From Sporopachydermia quercuum (Eukaryota), in contig BCGN01000002.1 in NCBI GenBank assembly GCA_001599295.1, positions 1-64,000 on the forward strand: a stretch of DNA of 64,000 bases. Direction: 5' to 3'. Below are positions 36,936 through 50,640 of this stretch, piece after piece; position 1 is the stretch's first letter; every line of letters starts with the position of its first letter. Made by a program: the position numbers and the translations under genes. The notes under the pieces are model-generated. The model was not told where the DNA came from. It searched no databases and was given only the letters and a program-made list of their open reading frames with translations.

Positions 36936-38581
36936 CTTTACCACAGACGTAATTTCATGGACTTAGCGACAGCATGAAATTTTCCCAATTGAATCCCCTT
37001 AAAAAAATTTAATTTGGGACGATCGGCGTTCAAGTTTAACTTTAAAATATGCATGCTTTTGTGTAATTATGCAAATATGTCTGAACTTTAAAATATTGAT
37101 TGAATAAAGACTCTTTGAAGTTTATGTAATACAAAGAACCAGAAACTTTGATTTATGACAGCATTATTCAGTGTCCATGTAATCGTGAATATTTTCTGCT
37201 TTTGATTTTTTAGATGATTTTGTTCGAAGTATTTCATAGAGGGTCTTGGGGATCCGTGGTCGTAAACTTGGGTGCTCTACGGTGCTCTAGCGATTTATTT
37301 TAATTTGCAGGCGATTTGCCTCTCAATAGCTCCGGGGGACAGTCGTAGCCGACGACTTCTGAATAGCAATGGCAGTTAATTTATAATATACGAAAACATT
37401 TTTAGAATCGTAGTATTGACGCGTAAACTGTGTAGTTTTTTTCCATTTGAGAAGTAATAGATAAGAAGGCTCATAACGGATGTGGGTGCATGTTTTTTTT
37501 TTTAAAAATAATGTAAGGTTCAAACAATAATCGGATAGACGGAATTTAAATAAATTCCATAGTTATGAAAATAAGTATTCTTATAATCTCAGTGAACATT
37601 TGCCTCGAAAAATCTATCGAAAGGAGAGGGATATATATGTGAAACTGCTTTGATTTCTCAGACTTTCCATATCTGAGTAGCATGTGTTCGTCAATCTATC
37701 ATATTCAACAAAAACATAATAATTATGGAGGTTAGGTATATCCGATATTATTGATTTTCTCGTTGTTACTGTTACCTAATACTTTGTTTTCAATATTATT
37801 TCATCTTTTTATTTCCTTTATTAGATGTAGATTGCAAAGAATTACGGATTTTATTAATTCTGACAATCTATTCAACAATTGATCATCAATTGAACTCTGA
37901 TGGGACCTTCTCAACAGTTCAATTAATGATATTGCATGAATAAAGCATAAACGTACGTATATGGTTGCATGTAATTTACTCAACTATGTAACGAAGTACA
38001 GTTTCGTGTCTTGTTCGGGAACCCATCAGTGTACCCAGAGATCTCCAGATTACCACCATCCATTGCTAGTGATGCACCAGATCAAGTGATCTAGACCAAG
38101 GCTTATAGTGCCAAATTCTAATTCAAGTCCAAAGATTATATCGATATCTGACCGAAGAAGGGAGAAGACTAAAAATAACGGTAGATGTAAGTAGAGTATA
38201 TCTCAAATTACTTATTCATTATTTGCTCATAGCATTATAATTACTGTCTATCTGCTTTGTGTCCAATTCATTACCAAGAATATAGTATAGTAGTCAACCA
38301 AATAGTAATGATTTCGCAACAGATGTTGTATTCAAAGGAGCTTATTTTTGAGAAAATATATGGCTGAAAACAACTAAAAATAGAGGCAATACTTAATCAT
38401 TTAGTAATTTGCTTCTTATTTGTAAACTTGAATCAATCTTTTATATTACCACATTTCCGACAAATTTCTGACAATTGCCATTCCATATTGTCATGTGACT
38501 CATCACACATGCCACGATATTAAAGGATATCATAAACAAATAGTACTTCTCCCTAAGCTCACATGACCATTACATTGTTTA

Positions 38582-38650
38582 ATCACATGATGTATCACAT
38601 GATGTATCACATGATGTATCACATGATGTATCACATGATGTATCATATGA
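38582..38650. repeat. 12-bp minisatellite (ATCACATGATGT), five units plus a degenerate partial unit, each with a TCACATGA E-box
   Basis: Read directly. It lies about 600 bp upstream of the GT25-like gene at 39260. Confidence 0.9.
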
Positions 38651-39259
38651 GTTGACATATGGATACATATTTTTATATTTTTGAATAATACCTATTCCAT
38701 ACATTTGAAATCACATGATATATCATATGACTAGCTTTTCTTTAAGATAAATTGATTACGTGAGAATAATCAAATATTTATTATTTTATTACGTATTCTA
38801 TAACTTTTTAATGTAAAGTAGTTTGCATATTTATGCATGAACATATACGTAATACCCATATAAGTACGAAAGATTTAACTTTTAGATTAAAACTGTTGAT
38901 CTCTTGTGACTCCCGAAATTAAACTTCCTTGTCAAAAATAGATCTCAGTGTCAGTCAAACTATAATTATGTGATTAGTTGTGTTGAATGGGCGCAAAAGA
39001 ACAGAACACTGAATCACCATCCTTCAACCTGTTACTTGAGCCTTGTCTGTTTTTATAACAAAACATCATCATATGGTTCGAACCGTAAAGTTTCGTTTCG
39101 TTTAATTTTTTTTCTTCTTCTCCCTCTTCTATACAAAAGTATATTCATTGATCATAATATGAAGATCAGCAGTGTTCTTTTTGGGAAGTTAGAGTAATAC
39201 GTTCTGATGCTGGAACAATTCTTCTTGCAAGTTGTGTAATTTTTTTAGCCAGGAGTTTG

Positions 39260-40519
39260 ATGTCTCAACAAATTAGTAGCTCGAAAATGTTCACTTTAAG
39301 TTTGTTAGCTTCATCTTGGAAGAAGGAAATAAGAATTAAACCTTTTAGAGCCTACACTTATGTTTTAGCTTTACTGTTGGTTATAATTCCTACTTTTACA
39401 ATACTACAAAGTGATCTGAGGCACGGATTCAAATTGGTTGATACAGGCAATTTCATAAAAAACGACCATTTCAACGAAGAAAGTCGAAATTCGGTAGTTG
39501 TTGAAGTAGAACAAGCGAAAACTCCGAAGACGTATTTTAACTCTATCAACAATGCAACGCTAGGAGTAGAGAAAATCATTTACATTCACTTACCTCAAAA
39601 TTTGAACAAGCTTGATATTATGACTATGCAATCGTCAGCTTCAGGTATTGAATTTGAGGTTAGAGAGGGTGTTACACCCGATAGTCTATCAGATAAAGGG
39701 TTACCTCCCAATTTAAACACTTGGAAAGGAGGAAATGACATGAAGCTAGAGGAAAAAGCCTGCTGGAGGGCACATGCTAATATTTGGAGAGAAATGGTGG
39801 AATATGGATGGAGTAGTGTTCTTGTTCTAGAGTCTGACGCCACTTGGGAAATAGGTTTGAAACAAGACATGCAAAGAGTTGCCAGAGCTCTGAACGATGT
39901 TACTATAGCATATCCTGGATACGAAAGAGACGTTGAACCACATGAACAAGATCCTTGGAATACCAGGAAGTGGGATATGTTTTATCCAGGATCTTGCGGA
40001 GATAATGAAAAGGAATTGAGAAAAGATCAATTTTTGAAATATGAAAGTCCCGAATCTCCAGAAAATTATGAATATTTTGCCGACAAACTTGTAAATGAAA
40101 GAGTTGTGAGGAGAAATGGTGCTCCACTATGCACTACAGGCTATATTATCTCTCTAGAGGGAGCAAAAAAGCTACTACTGCGGACCAATGTAGATATGAG
40201 CTATCCTGTTGATCTAATTATTGGTGATTTGTCTCGCGATAACAGATTGATTTCTTACAGTGTATATCCGCCTTTGATTCACTCGTGGGGCTATGTTCAA
40301 GGTATCGGTGCAGAGGATAAAGAGTCTGATATTCTCGACAGAATGCCAGGAGATCAACACGTCGAAGCGTGGAAACAGGCTTTTGATAGATTTGACGCTT
40401 GGAGAATTAGAACAGAATACAAGGTAAAGCACCCCATTCTAAGTTCCTTGAAACAAGACTATTTTAGGGAAGAGATAATTGAAAACGATATTATAAAGAT
40501 AGACTACGTGCCGGAATGA
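39260..40519 (+). CDS. Fungal GT25-like glycosyltransferase, paralog 3
   Basis: TM helix, then NNATLGVEKIIYIHLP, ACWRAHANIW, LVLESDATW and CTTGYIISLEGAKKLL. Confidence 0.82.
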   Translation: MSQQISSSKMFTLSLLASSWKKEIRIKPFRAYTYVLALLLVIIPTFTILQSDLRHGFKLVDTGNFIKNDHFNEESRNSVVVEVEQAKTPKTYFNSINNATLGVEKIIYIHLPQNLNKLDIMTMQSSASGIEFEVREGVTPDSLSDKGLPPNLNTWKGGNDMKLEEKACWRAHANIWREMVEYGWSSVLVLESDATWEIGLKQDMQRVARALNDVTIAYPGYERDVEPHEQDPWNTRKWDMFYPGSCGDNEKELRKDQFLKYESPESPENYEYFADKLVNERVVRRNGAPLCTTGYIISLEGAKKLLLRTNVDMSYPVDLIIGDLSRDNRLISYSVYPPLIHSWGYVQGIGAEDKESDILDRMPGDQHVEAWKQAFDRFDAWRIRTEYKVKHPILSSLKQDYFREEIIENDIIKIDYVPE

Positions 40520-41325
40520 TGGGAAAGCTAGTCTACAAATCATGGCATTGTATACATTTATTTCGTATATTATGGCGTCTGTTTTTTTGTCTCAAAGGAG
40601 TCATATCTATATTTTACTCCATATTCTTAAAATGACAAATAATTGCGTTGGTACAAAGAGCAAATTCTTAGGAGGTCTAAATTATGAGCGAAAAACATTA
40701 ATGCTAGATGAGAAGAAACATAGTCCAAGAAATCTCTCTAATTAACGTTCCAAGGAAGATACAGGACTAATCGACACAATATCCATAATGTCTCAAATGG
40801 CATAGGCTGTATTTTTTGGATATCAATTGCAGTCCAGTCAATGAGTCAATTCAACAGGTATATAATTTTTGATGACTCTACTCAAATCAATTGTATCCTG
40901 CCAGGCACAATTTGGATAAGAGCAAACTTTATTTGCCCTACTCCGTTTATTTTCAGATTTTGTTCTCTCCTACATGTAATGAGACACTATTCCTTTGCAC
41001 ATTCCATTGTAAATGAAATTGAATTGCTTATCGTGAAAACATTCATTTATTAGTTTTGGTTAGAAACCAATTTCATATTCAAAACAATCTATTTGACATG
41101 CAAATTACAAACGGTATGGTTTATAATTTGTTTTTAATCCGATAGTGTTTGCTAGATTCTTGCGTAATTATTGTATGATCTTATTTGTATTTAACACAGC
41201 ATGCCAGATAATAAAAGAACCTTGTTACTAGCTAGCTAGAAGTTGAACCTACAAACTGACATGGTATAATAATGATTCTCATCCAATACGCTTGATGGTC
41301 AACTATTCAATAGCAAATATACATC

Positions 41326-42503
41326 ATGACTGAAAGAGTCTCCAAAATGAACCAGAATATCTAGATTTGTTCGTGCTGCTTCTAATAATAGTAGCTCTGA
41401 TGGTAAGAAGCAACCTCCAACAAGTTTTCATACATACAGTCGAATAGTAATCGACAGTGAAAATATATGCATAGTATATAAGAGCCTTGGAGTAATCGCC
41501 GAAAAGCTAAATGTTAAAGACCCTTTTTTCTCGTTCAATAGCTGTACTCTTGGTGTGACCAAAATCATTTACATCAGCATGTCTCACAATCATAATGAAT
41601 TAGACATTATGGCAACGCAAACTTCAGTTTCGGGGATTGAGTTTGAGGTAAGGGAAGTGTAGACCAGAGTTTTTTGCCGGTAAGGGGCCTTTCAACTATT
41701 ATTAATTCTATTAGATATTTTCCTGATCTGAGAGGATGTGGAAAAGAGTGCTGGAGAACGCATGGAGAGAGATAATAAGCAACTGGGAAAGTGTCTTAAT
41801 GTTGGAATTAAATGCCACTTGAGAAGTTGGTTGAAAGAGGATATGCAAAGAGATTCGAGAACATCAACTGAAATCATGAGTTAATATATACCCTGGTTAT
41901 AATAGAAGCGTCTTACCATCGGTAGTTGATCCTTGGAATGGTGAATAACGGGAGTTATTTTATTCTGTTTGAAGTGGAGACAATACGGAAGAATTAAGAA
42001 GAGATCAGTTAATTCCATATGATGATGGTGAATCAGTAGAAAATTATTCTTTCATGGGTAGAAGTTAAAGAAGGAATGGGTAGTCCATTGAAACGGCGCA
42101 GCTTTATATTCAGCAGGGTATTCTATTTCCTTACAAGGATCTAAAAAGCTTATACCAACACTAAGAAGTAGTACGGAAATGAGCTATGCAGTTGATTTAT
42201 TCATTAAAGGTATATCCCATGCGAACAAACTAGTCACCAACAGGGTATATCCACCATTGATTCACTCTTGGGGTTAGGTGGAAGGGCTTGGGGCAGAAGA
42301 TAGTGATTCTGATACATGTAATTTTACATGGGAGGAACAACAATCAGGGACATCGAATTTGGCATTAGAAGCTTTCAGTGCCTGGAGAACTGGTACTGCT
42401 TATCAGTGAAACGCCCAATAATCATTCCTACTCTTTATAAGTAGCTTTTTCGCTGATGATTTCATCAATATTGAGTGTGAGGAGATACATTATTCACCAA
42501 AAT
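41326..42503 (+). pseudogene. Full-length decayed GT25-like pseudogene, tandem copy of paralog 3
   Basis: TLGVTKIIYI..ELDIMATQTSVSGIEFEVRE near 41545-41655 and VYPPLIHSWG*VEGLGAEDSDSD near 42245-42313, with many stops and frameshifts. Ends are approximate. Confidence 0.82.
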
Positions 42504-44046
42504 AATTTGATTTGTATCATTACAATTGGAGGAGTCATTTTTTTAGGGAATCAGTAATAAACTTATTGGAATAATCATATTACCGCCGCATCTAGTCAGT
42601 TATTTACTATCGGGAGTCAAGTTCAATAGCTACGTATGTTATGATGGAGTATTCAAGTAGTTAATTAATAGATGCCAAGTGCAATAAAAAGAGGAAGGTA
42701 TCATTTTGATATATGATGATGCTACTTGAATTTTAAGCTTTATTAATTCTATAAATCATTGCATATCTCAAATTACTATGTTTTGTTACAACAGAATGAA
42801 TGACATCGTTGAACAAGCGGACCAGAAATTTAAGACTTCAGAGAGCTAGTATTCAGACAGAGAAATGGAAAAGTTCGAGAAATCAGTTTTTCTCGGAGAG
42901 GTTTGGCGTGATGAAATATAAGCGTGATCTGTATATCAGTTTGATGTTGTACTGCAGACTCTTATACTTTGGTTCATGTGATATCCGAAATTATAAATAA
43001 CGGGTTCACCATAACTTTTTTCCAAACTTGGAAGTAGAGATCCTTCAATAATAAGTGCAATATGTCATATAAATGAATAGATTAATCAAAGAAAAGAATA
43101 CGATAAATAAGAAAATAACATTCAAAAAGTACAATATTAAGATATATGAAGTATGGCTTTATTCCTATGAAATGTTATTGATGGCAAGAATCGTTCTACG
43201 TGATCAATTTTCGTTTCATTGTTCTATTGTAGAGATTATGACAACAACAGAAAACGACCGCACTATCCTTCTAGTCAGAAATATAGTTACTGAAAAGTAC
43301 ATTAATTAGGTTCTATTTGTACAATGCCCAATTGCATTTAAAGTATATGCAAGTTTCCTGCATAAAGTATAATTCAAATACCTGAGCGTCTGAACCCTTT
43401 TCAAACAATTCAAAATTTGTAATTTGTTGTTAGGTAAAGCAGTTAAAAATAAAAGTTCATCTATCAAATCTTTACTTTTCAGCCTTCTAGTTATAAGTTT
43501 TGAGATAAATTGTCGTTTACCAACAGCTAACCCTTAAGTTGATCCTTCGTCCTCTTCGTTCACCTGATTCTCCCTTTCCCTCTCCCGCCTCCTCATAACC
43601 TCCCGACTAACTCCCAACCATCTTTGCTCACAAATTGCTACATCAACCTTGCATGAGATATCATCCCTACCTAACATTCTTCGATGTCTTTCTTTCTTCC
43701 TCTTTTCTTCCTATCATTTTCCACTCAGTTCTCCTAATTTCCTTTTTCTCAGCTGTCAATAGCGAACTATAACCTAACTCTTTTTTTTCCATCTCGTTCA
43801 TTTTCACCTCTTACTTATTTCTGCCTAACGATCTCTCCTTTTCTCAATACTTTTTTTTGATCCTGTTCCATGACTACCTCACTTATTCCTCGTCTATGAC
43901 CATACAAAAAGAGAAGATTGACAGAGAATATCAGTTCTAGAAGGAACACACTTTTTCTTATTCTACAAACCCTTTGATTTTCTTTTTCGTACAGGGGTTT
44001 ATTCTTTGTTGATATTCGACACAATCTCGGTAACATTTTCGCGTTC

Positions 44047-47000
44047 ATGAAGGTTAATCGCATTGACTGTTGCAAGTGTAAATGTAAACGATATCACAAT
44101 GACGACCGTTACGGCATCATCAACACGGCCTCGGAGGACGACTAGTTAAAAAATTGAGTACTCTGATGATATTATTAACTCAGCCGTCAAGCCCATAGAA
44201 GTTGAGATTACTTCTGAATCGAGTGGTAAATCTCGGAACATTTCTGCAAATGGCAGTAATACCAGCAACGGAAGTAAAAGAAAACAATGGAGGAAATCGG
44301 ACTCTAAGAGAAATTCCCCATGAATCTCGTCTTCTTTAAATTCAACATCGAGCCGGTCTATTACCGGTTCCGCCTATAGTTATGGTTCTACTAACCCTTC
44401 CATTCTCTCAGCTTCTTCGGACCAAACTGCAGTATCGACTTCTAATACCGCTACAAAGGAACTTGTTCCTTGGAATTGGCAACCGAAACCAAGCAAAGAG
44501 ACTTTTTTTCCTTCCTCTTAGATTTGGAATACGTTATCATTCGTTCAGATGGCATTTTATATTTGGCCGATGGTTCAACATTAGCACCGAATGGTATGTA
44601 TACATTTCTGGGGATTATAATGGGAGGACAACTACGAAGGAGGGGTGAGATAAATTTTAGAAGGGAGATCAAATCACGAGATACGGACGCTTATTTTGTT
44701 TGTTATAAGGTTGGAAAAGAAAGAAAGAAGAAACGAAGAAAAAGTGAACAGTGGAATAATCAGATTTATTCAAAAGCGATACCAAATTTTTTATCATGGA
44801 AGTAAATGTCATTTCCTGCTCATCAATTAGCGGCTCATTCATCTTCATCTTATAGTAGCTGAGCCATTTGATACTTATTATGAACAAACTGGAAAGGATT
44901 TAAATCTATGAAATCTCATCTGCTTTTCGTTCAGAACTTTGAAAGACAATATCAATCAACTGTTAATTTCTAGCCTTCTTTGAACAGTGTCTTATCCAAG
45001 ATCTCTACAGCATGCCATGCTATTTACTATGATTTAAAACTTTAGGATGAGTAGCTGCATGAATCAATACATTTATTTTCAAACGAGCAAATGCTATTAA
45101 TAGGATCTTATTGGTTTCACGAGAGTTGCCTGAATTTATGAGGATTTTTACTCCTCGCTTGATACATCTAACGGAATTTTGCATTTATTCTTGTCCAGTA
45201 TCTGCATTTGCTATATTTATGGCAGTTGTGTCAAGTTTTTGAATAGAACCTTTGAGACTAAATGATTCTTGTTTCACATATCTTAACGTTTGAGCATGAA
45301 ATGAAATCTTGAAAATCTGATTTGACGCATCGTTATCCTTGTGTATGCTTATGGTGCACGCTTTGTATAGAGTTAGTGTATGGTTGAGTAGAGCTATGCA
45401 TGATTTTTACTACAACTTGGCTTTTTACACCCTCAACTTCCTCTCCAATCAATCCCTTTCTCTTAGCTCTTTTTCCCTCAAATTTCTAACGCAGTGACTC
45501 ACTTTAGATCACATATACATGGTTTCGGAACCTCCGTGTGAACCTTATTATATTGGCAGAATCATGGAATATGTGCCAAAATCCTTAGCAAAAGATAACC
45601 AGCCCAAGCATATTTCTATTTCTGACGACGCCGCTTACCCCGCATATCTCTCAGATAGTTTGTCGTACCTGAAATCTCGGCCCGAACACCCTGCTGATAA
45701 GTTCATGGTTCGGATGAACTGGTACTACCGGCCAAGGGACATTTCCCGTCATTCTGCCGATTCTCGACTTATTTTCGCATCAATGCATTCTGACATTTGC
45801 CCTTTAACTTCCTTCCGTGGTAGATGTTCCGTAAACCACAAAGATCACATCCCGAATATGACTGAGTATCGGAGAAAACCGGATCATTTCTGGTTCGTTA
45901 AACTTTTCGACCGCTATATGATAAAGTTTTACGACATGATCCCATTAGAAAAGATTATAAATCTTCCACCTGAGTACTTTCAATTGCTTCAAGACCGTTT
46001 CCGCTTTTTATTTTTCGAAATTGGCAAAGGGAAAGAGTATTGTGAACCGCCGCGAAACTGCTCGGAGTGTGGGCATTGGTGTTCTCCTTTTGATTCCGTT
46101 GAGTGTGCCCATTGTCGAAAGGATTTCCATATGGGGTGTGTGAGTCCGCCTTTATACCGCAAACCCACCCGGGGTTTCGGATGGTCATGTGCGGGATGTA
46201 GCCGAGAGTTAGAGTTGAAACTTCGGGCCAATCGCGGTCTCACTAGTAATAGGTTATGGGAGGTTGCTGCCGAAGCGGAAGCGGGAAAGATACCGGAAAC
46301 TGATCTGAAACTAGAATCTGAAACCGAAGCTAAACCGGAAGCAGTAAAGGAACAACACCTCGACAAAGAAACAACTACTGAATGTACTCCTGAAATTACC
46401 CCACCAAAGAATTTACCCCGATATTTAGAGCTTTCACAGCTTTTCCGAGAAAAAATCCACAAAACCTATATTCCGCTTCAGTGGCACCATCTTAAAATGT
46501 GGCCCTTTCGCTGTATGGGCATACACGCAAAATTAGAAGACTTGTTGGACGTTGACGATAGGTTGAATGCCTGAGCAGCATCTCGTCTCGGATCTCGGCA
46601 TCAAGTTTCGGAAGCAGCTATTCCTAATTGGTACGGCAAGCCGGTTATTTATTATGTCCCCAAGGAAGAGGACAACGGGAATAAGGTTAAGAATAAAAGA
46701 AATCGAAAGAGCAAGAAAGCAATGGAGGCGGAAGCAGAACGGAAGCGGGAGATATCGGAATACCGGCATGTTCTTCCTCTGAAGAAATCAGAAGGGATCC
46801 CGAAGGGATTCCGCTTCCATGGTATCAAGAAGTGCCTCCCGGATACGTTGAAAGAGGCGGCGAAGACACTGTGAGTTTGATATGGAAACCAGCTGAAAGT
46901 TCCGAGATTATTTCCGATGTTGAGGTAGCAGCATACTTAACAAAGGCCGGGATATACGCTGAGAAGTTACTTCTCCGTCCGGATACCCCAAATTTTACGG

Positions 47001-49376
47001 ACGCTTGTCTCCAAACCTTACTGAGCTGCAACTATAGTGTGTCAAAAGCGTTGAAAATTGTTCCTACTTTTTCCCGGCAAACCTTGAAAGAGCCGACTTT
47101 TTACCGAAGTCGCCCGGTTTGAAGAAGGAGTTCGTATGTATGGATCGGAACTGCATCCGGTTTATCAGCATGTGAAAACGCAGCCAAGTGCTATGATTGT
47201 CCGGTTTTACTACTTATGGAAAAAAACACCTTCCGGACATGCAATTTGGGACAATTTGGAAGGCCGAAAACAGAAGTGGAAGCCAAAAGATGCCGGAAGT
47301 GGAATGGGAAGCGGAAGCGCAGTCGGAAAACATATCGGCACGGAGATTGAAGACGGAAATTATGTGGACACTGTGGCCTCTTCAGAAGATGATTCGGGAT
47401 ACGATGTCCGGAAAGCTCGGATGCAGAAAAGAACATTCAAATGTAAAGTTTGTTGAACCACCAACTCAATTGTATGGAAACGAGCTCCTGGACATGCTAT
47501 AGCTGAAGCTGAAACGGAAGAAATAACAGCACTTTGCTTCCGATGCGCTCGTCTATGGAGATTATATGCTGTAACTTGGGAGGAGCCACCGGAAGTACTT
47601 CGGAAGTTGAGCCAACGAGGAGGGGGAGGATGGAAACGTCGAATGGAAGAAGAGTTGATTCGAATGCGGAGAAGATAACGGAAGCTCGGAACTCTGGCGT
47701 TGAAGTTACTTTCCCTACTGCTAATTATAGCTATGAGGAGTGTTTCAGTAACGAACGAATTCAACGGAAAAGGTTACGAAAAAAGCGGAAGTTATCTGCT
47801 AAATCTAAGAATGGTATAAATAGAATTCCGGAGAAGATCACAAACACATCGAAACTGGAAAAGATGTCGAAATCTCGGAATAAATCCACAATTATTTCTA
47901 CAGTGAAACTCAATAAACCTGAAAAGCGAAGACAAAAAGAGCCACAACTAGAGAGAACCTTGAATGCGACACTAAAACCGCGAAAGCGCATCAAACCGGA
48001 AAAGTTAAAAATTCCCAATAACGATAATACTCAACCTAATTTTGGATCTTGTATTATTTCCGATATTACTTCTCCAAAATCGGAAATCATAGCCGAATCC
48101 AAGCACAAACAGCAAAAAAAGCAGAAAAAGCGATCTCTAGATGCTTCCGCAGTGGCTCCAACAACGACTATTGCGGCTGCTGTGGCTGCTTCCAGTGGTC
48201 GAACGAAACATTCAAACATCTCCTCTTCTCGGATCTTGCAATTAGAACAAGCTTCCGATACCATCCCTTCCGGTTAGGACGTCGGGATACCTTTCAAAAC
48301 TCCGTTCAGTACTAGTGCCCGTGTTTGTTGCGTTTGCCATAGTCTGGCACCTTCGCACAATATGGCTATATGTTGTTCATGTGGACTTAATGTGCATAAG
48401 ACATGCTACGGAATACCAGAGCTGGGAACAAATCTCGGGTCGGCCAAATGGCTTTGTGACGTTTGTAGTAATGACTCAAATCCAAAAGTCTCTACTATTT
48501 ATGCTTGTGTATTATGTCCAGTAAGAGAAACGGATCATGATGCTGCCAATCACAGGACTCGATTCTGCTGAGCCGGTCGCTTTGAAACGGACTGCTTCAA
48601 ATAACTGGGCACACGTGATGTGTGCTGTTTTTATGGATAATTGTAAATTCGGAGACGTTGTTCATCGACAGCCAGTTGAAGGGATATCCGAGATTCCCAT
48701 CTTGGCACTAGAAACCACTTGTACGATCTGTCGAACAAATAACGGAGCTTGTACGCGGTGTCGCCTATGTGACATCCCCATTCATGTTGGTTGTGCTTTT
48801 CGGAAACGATTCTTTTTTGGGTTTGAGATACAGTCTCCGGAATCAGCAAATTCAGCTGAGAATAATGGAAATAATGAAATAATAAAGTTTGGGCCAAATA
48901 CAGAAGGAATACCTAGACCGGTGATTGTGTGCCCTCGACACGACGTTTCAGAATTTCCATTTTACTCCATAGCAGATAAAGTCATCGATTCGGAAGGAAC
49001 CGTGTTGGATTTGTATTGCTCGAAGTATAAAATGGCAAAACCGGCGAACACAGGATGTATGAAACGCTATGAAGAATATCAACGGCTAAGAAGGAACATT
49101 TTGGAATCGGAGAAACTGAATTCCGGAAATCATAGCGGAAGTCGCGGAAATCGCGGATTGAAAAAGGAGAAAATGGCTGGGGGGAAAATTGATCTGTTGG
49201 GGATAAAACCGGAGATTATAGCGGAAAAGGTGTTAAGATACATGGAAGCAGGAAATGAGGAAATGGCAAAGGAGAGTATACCGGACCCCATTTTGGAAAA
49301 GGCTTCGGAAGAAAATTTACTGGAAATTGTAGTTAAAATGGAACCACAAACGGAGAAATCAATGCAGATTGGCTAA
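44047..49376 (+). pseudogene. SNT2: SNT2 pseudogene
   Basis: Collinear with the intact copy but has stops at 44147 (TAA), 46572 (CGA>TGA), 47454 (CGA>TGA) and 48275 (CAG>TAG), and frameshifts near 44053, 44510, 46770, 47100, 47660 and 48550. Confidence 0.92.
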
Positions 49377-49690
49377 CCAGAACGGCAATGAACATGGGAA
49401 ACGGAATAGCATGACGAACCAATACTCTGAAAACTTCGTTTATCCCTTAAATTCAAGAAATGGGAGCATCTACACATCGTAAACTCTCCTGTTCTGCATA
49501 TAGATGTATCAAATAATTAGTTAAAACTTCCTACCTAGAGTGGGGACTTTATACTTTACCCCCGTTTGATACTTCTTGCATAATCGTACCTGTGGACCGT
49601 AATAAGTACATTATAATATATTAGAACGGCGTCTTCTGTAAATCTGTAAATACCCTTAATATCTTGTTAAACACAAAGAGTACTATTCCC

Positions 49691-50640
49691 TCAATGGCCT
49701 CGCAATAACCTCTCGATCCTAGAAATCTCTTCCAATGTTGTTGCTGCACCTAACACTTTCAACAATCGTTCCTTCTCCTTTTCGGAGAGATTCCGTGCCG
49801 AGACTTCGGATCCTGGTCCCGGTCCCAAGATTGTGGTGTATTCACCAACGTCAAACCTACTAGACTTCACTCCCAACAATTCTGCGGCAGCCGGGGTAGG
49901 TTCCGATGTCGTTCCAAACAGTTCAAGAGCTTGCTTCCGTTCTGAATCAGTCACCCGATCGAAATCCAAAACCCTCAAACACGGTATAAGCCGCACGACC
50001 CATAATCGGTAATTTTCTTTATATGTTACCGGATTGTTTATCAAAGATAGAAACACAAGCGATCCGGATGTATGCATTTTCGGAGAAGCTTCTGATATTT
50101 CAGACAAATCGATTGTCGGCTCATCGGTGTTCGGTTGAGCTTCGGTATTAATACTGCTGAAGCTCCGGAGCGGATTCAAATCCCATAGATTTTCTATTCC
50201 GTTATTTGCCAAAACTAGCATGGTCAGATTAGGCAATGATTTTCTATTGAAGGATTTTTCTTCTATTGATTGTATCCGGTTTCGAGATTGTAGCAGAGTT
50301 CGTAGTTTTACCAGTTTAGGGAAGTTGCCTAGAATTCGGATATTGTTATCGGATAAATCAATGGATTCATTTATATCCTAATTAGCTAAGCTGGTGGTCA
50401 GAACAGAAATAAAGAGGAGTATAGAGATGAATGGTTTATACCTACTCGGCTAACGCCCAGATTTTCAAAATGGGGAATTTTTCGTCCTAGTGAGAGAGTT
50501 AAGGTTAGATCAGATTTCCTAAATCCGATTGTTAACATCATCCGAGTTCCATCATACTCACCTCGAAGGTCAATTTCTCGTTCTTTATTTGCATTCAAAT
50601 ATGTTGGAGCATATTGTATAACATCAGCTGTGAGTCTCAT
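49691..50640 (-). CDS. LEA1: Second U2 snRNP A' copy. Exon frames are open but function is uncertain
   Basis: Same three-exon layout as the outer copy. The intron-2 branch point TACTAAC reads CACCAGC here, and an LRR leucine is changed (TLLLS>TLLQS). Confidence 0.65.

Noticed and set aside
37987..38321. Possible solo LTR of a second family (TGTAACGAA...TTCGCAACA)
   Set aside because: Imperfect terminal repeat, no target-site duplication and no second copy in the window.
45519..49376. Several separate PHD/BAH genes, or programmed frameshifting
   Set aside because: They are collinear pieces of one SNT2 copy with scattered stops and indels.
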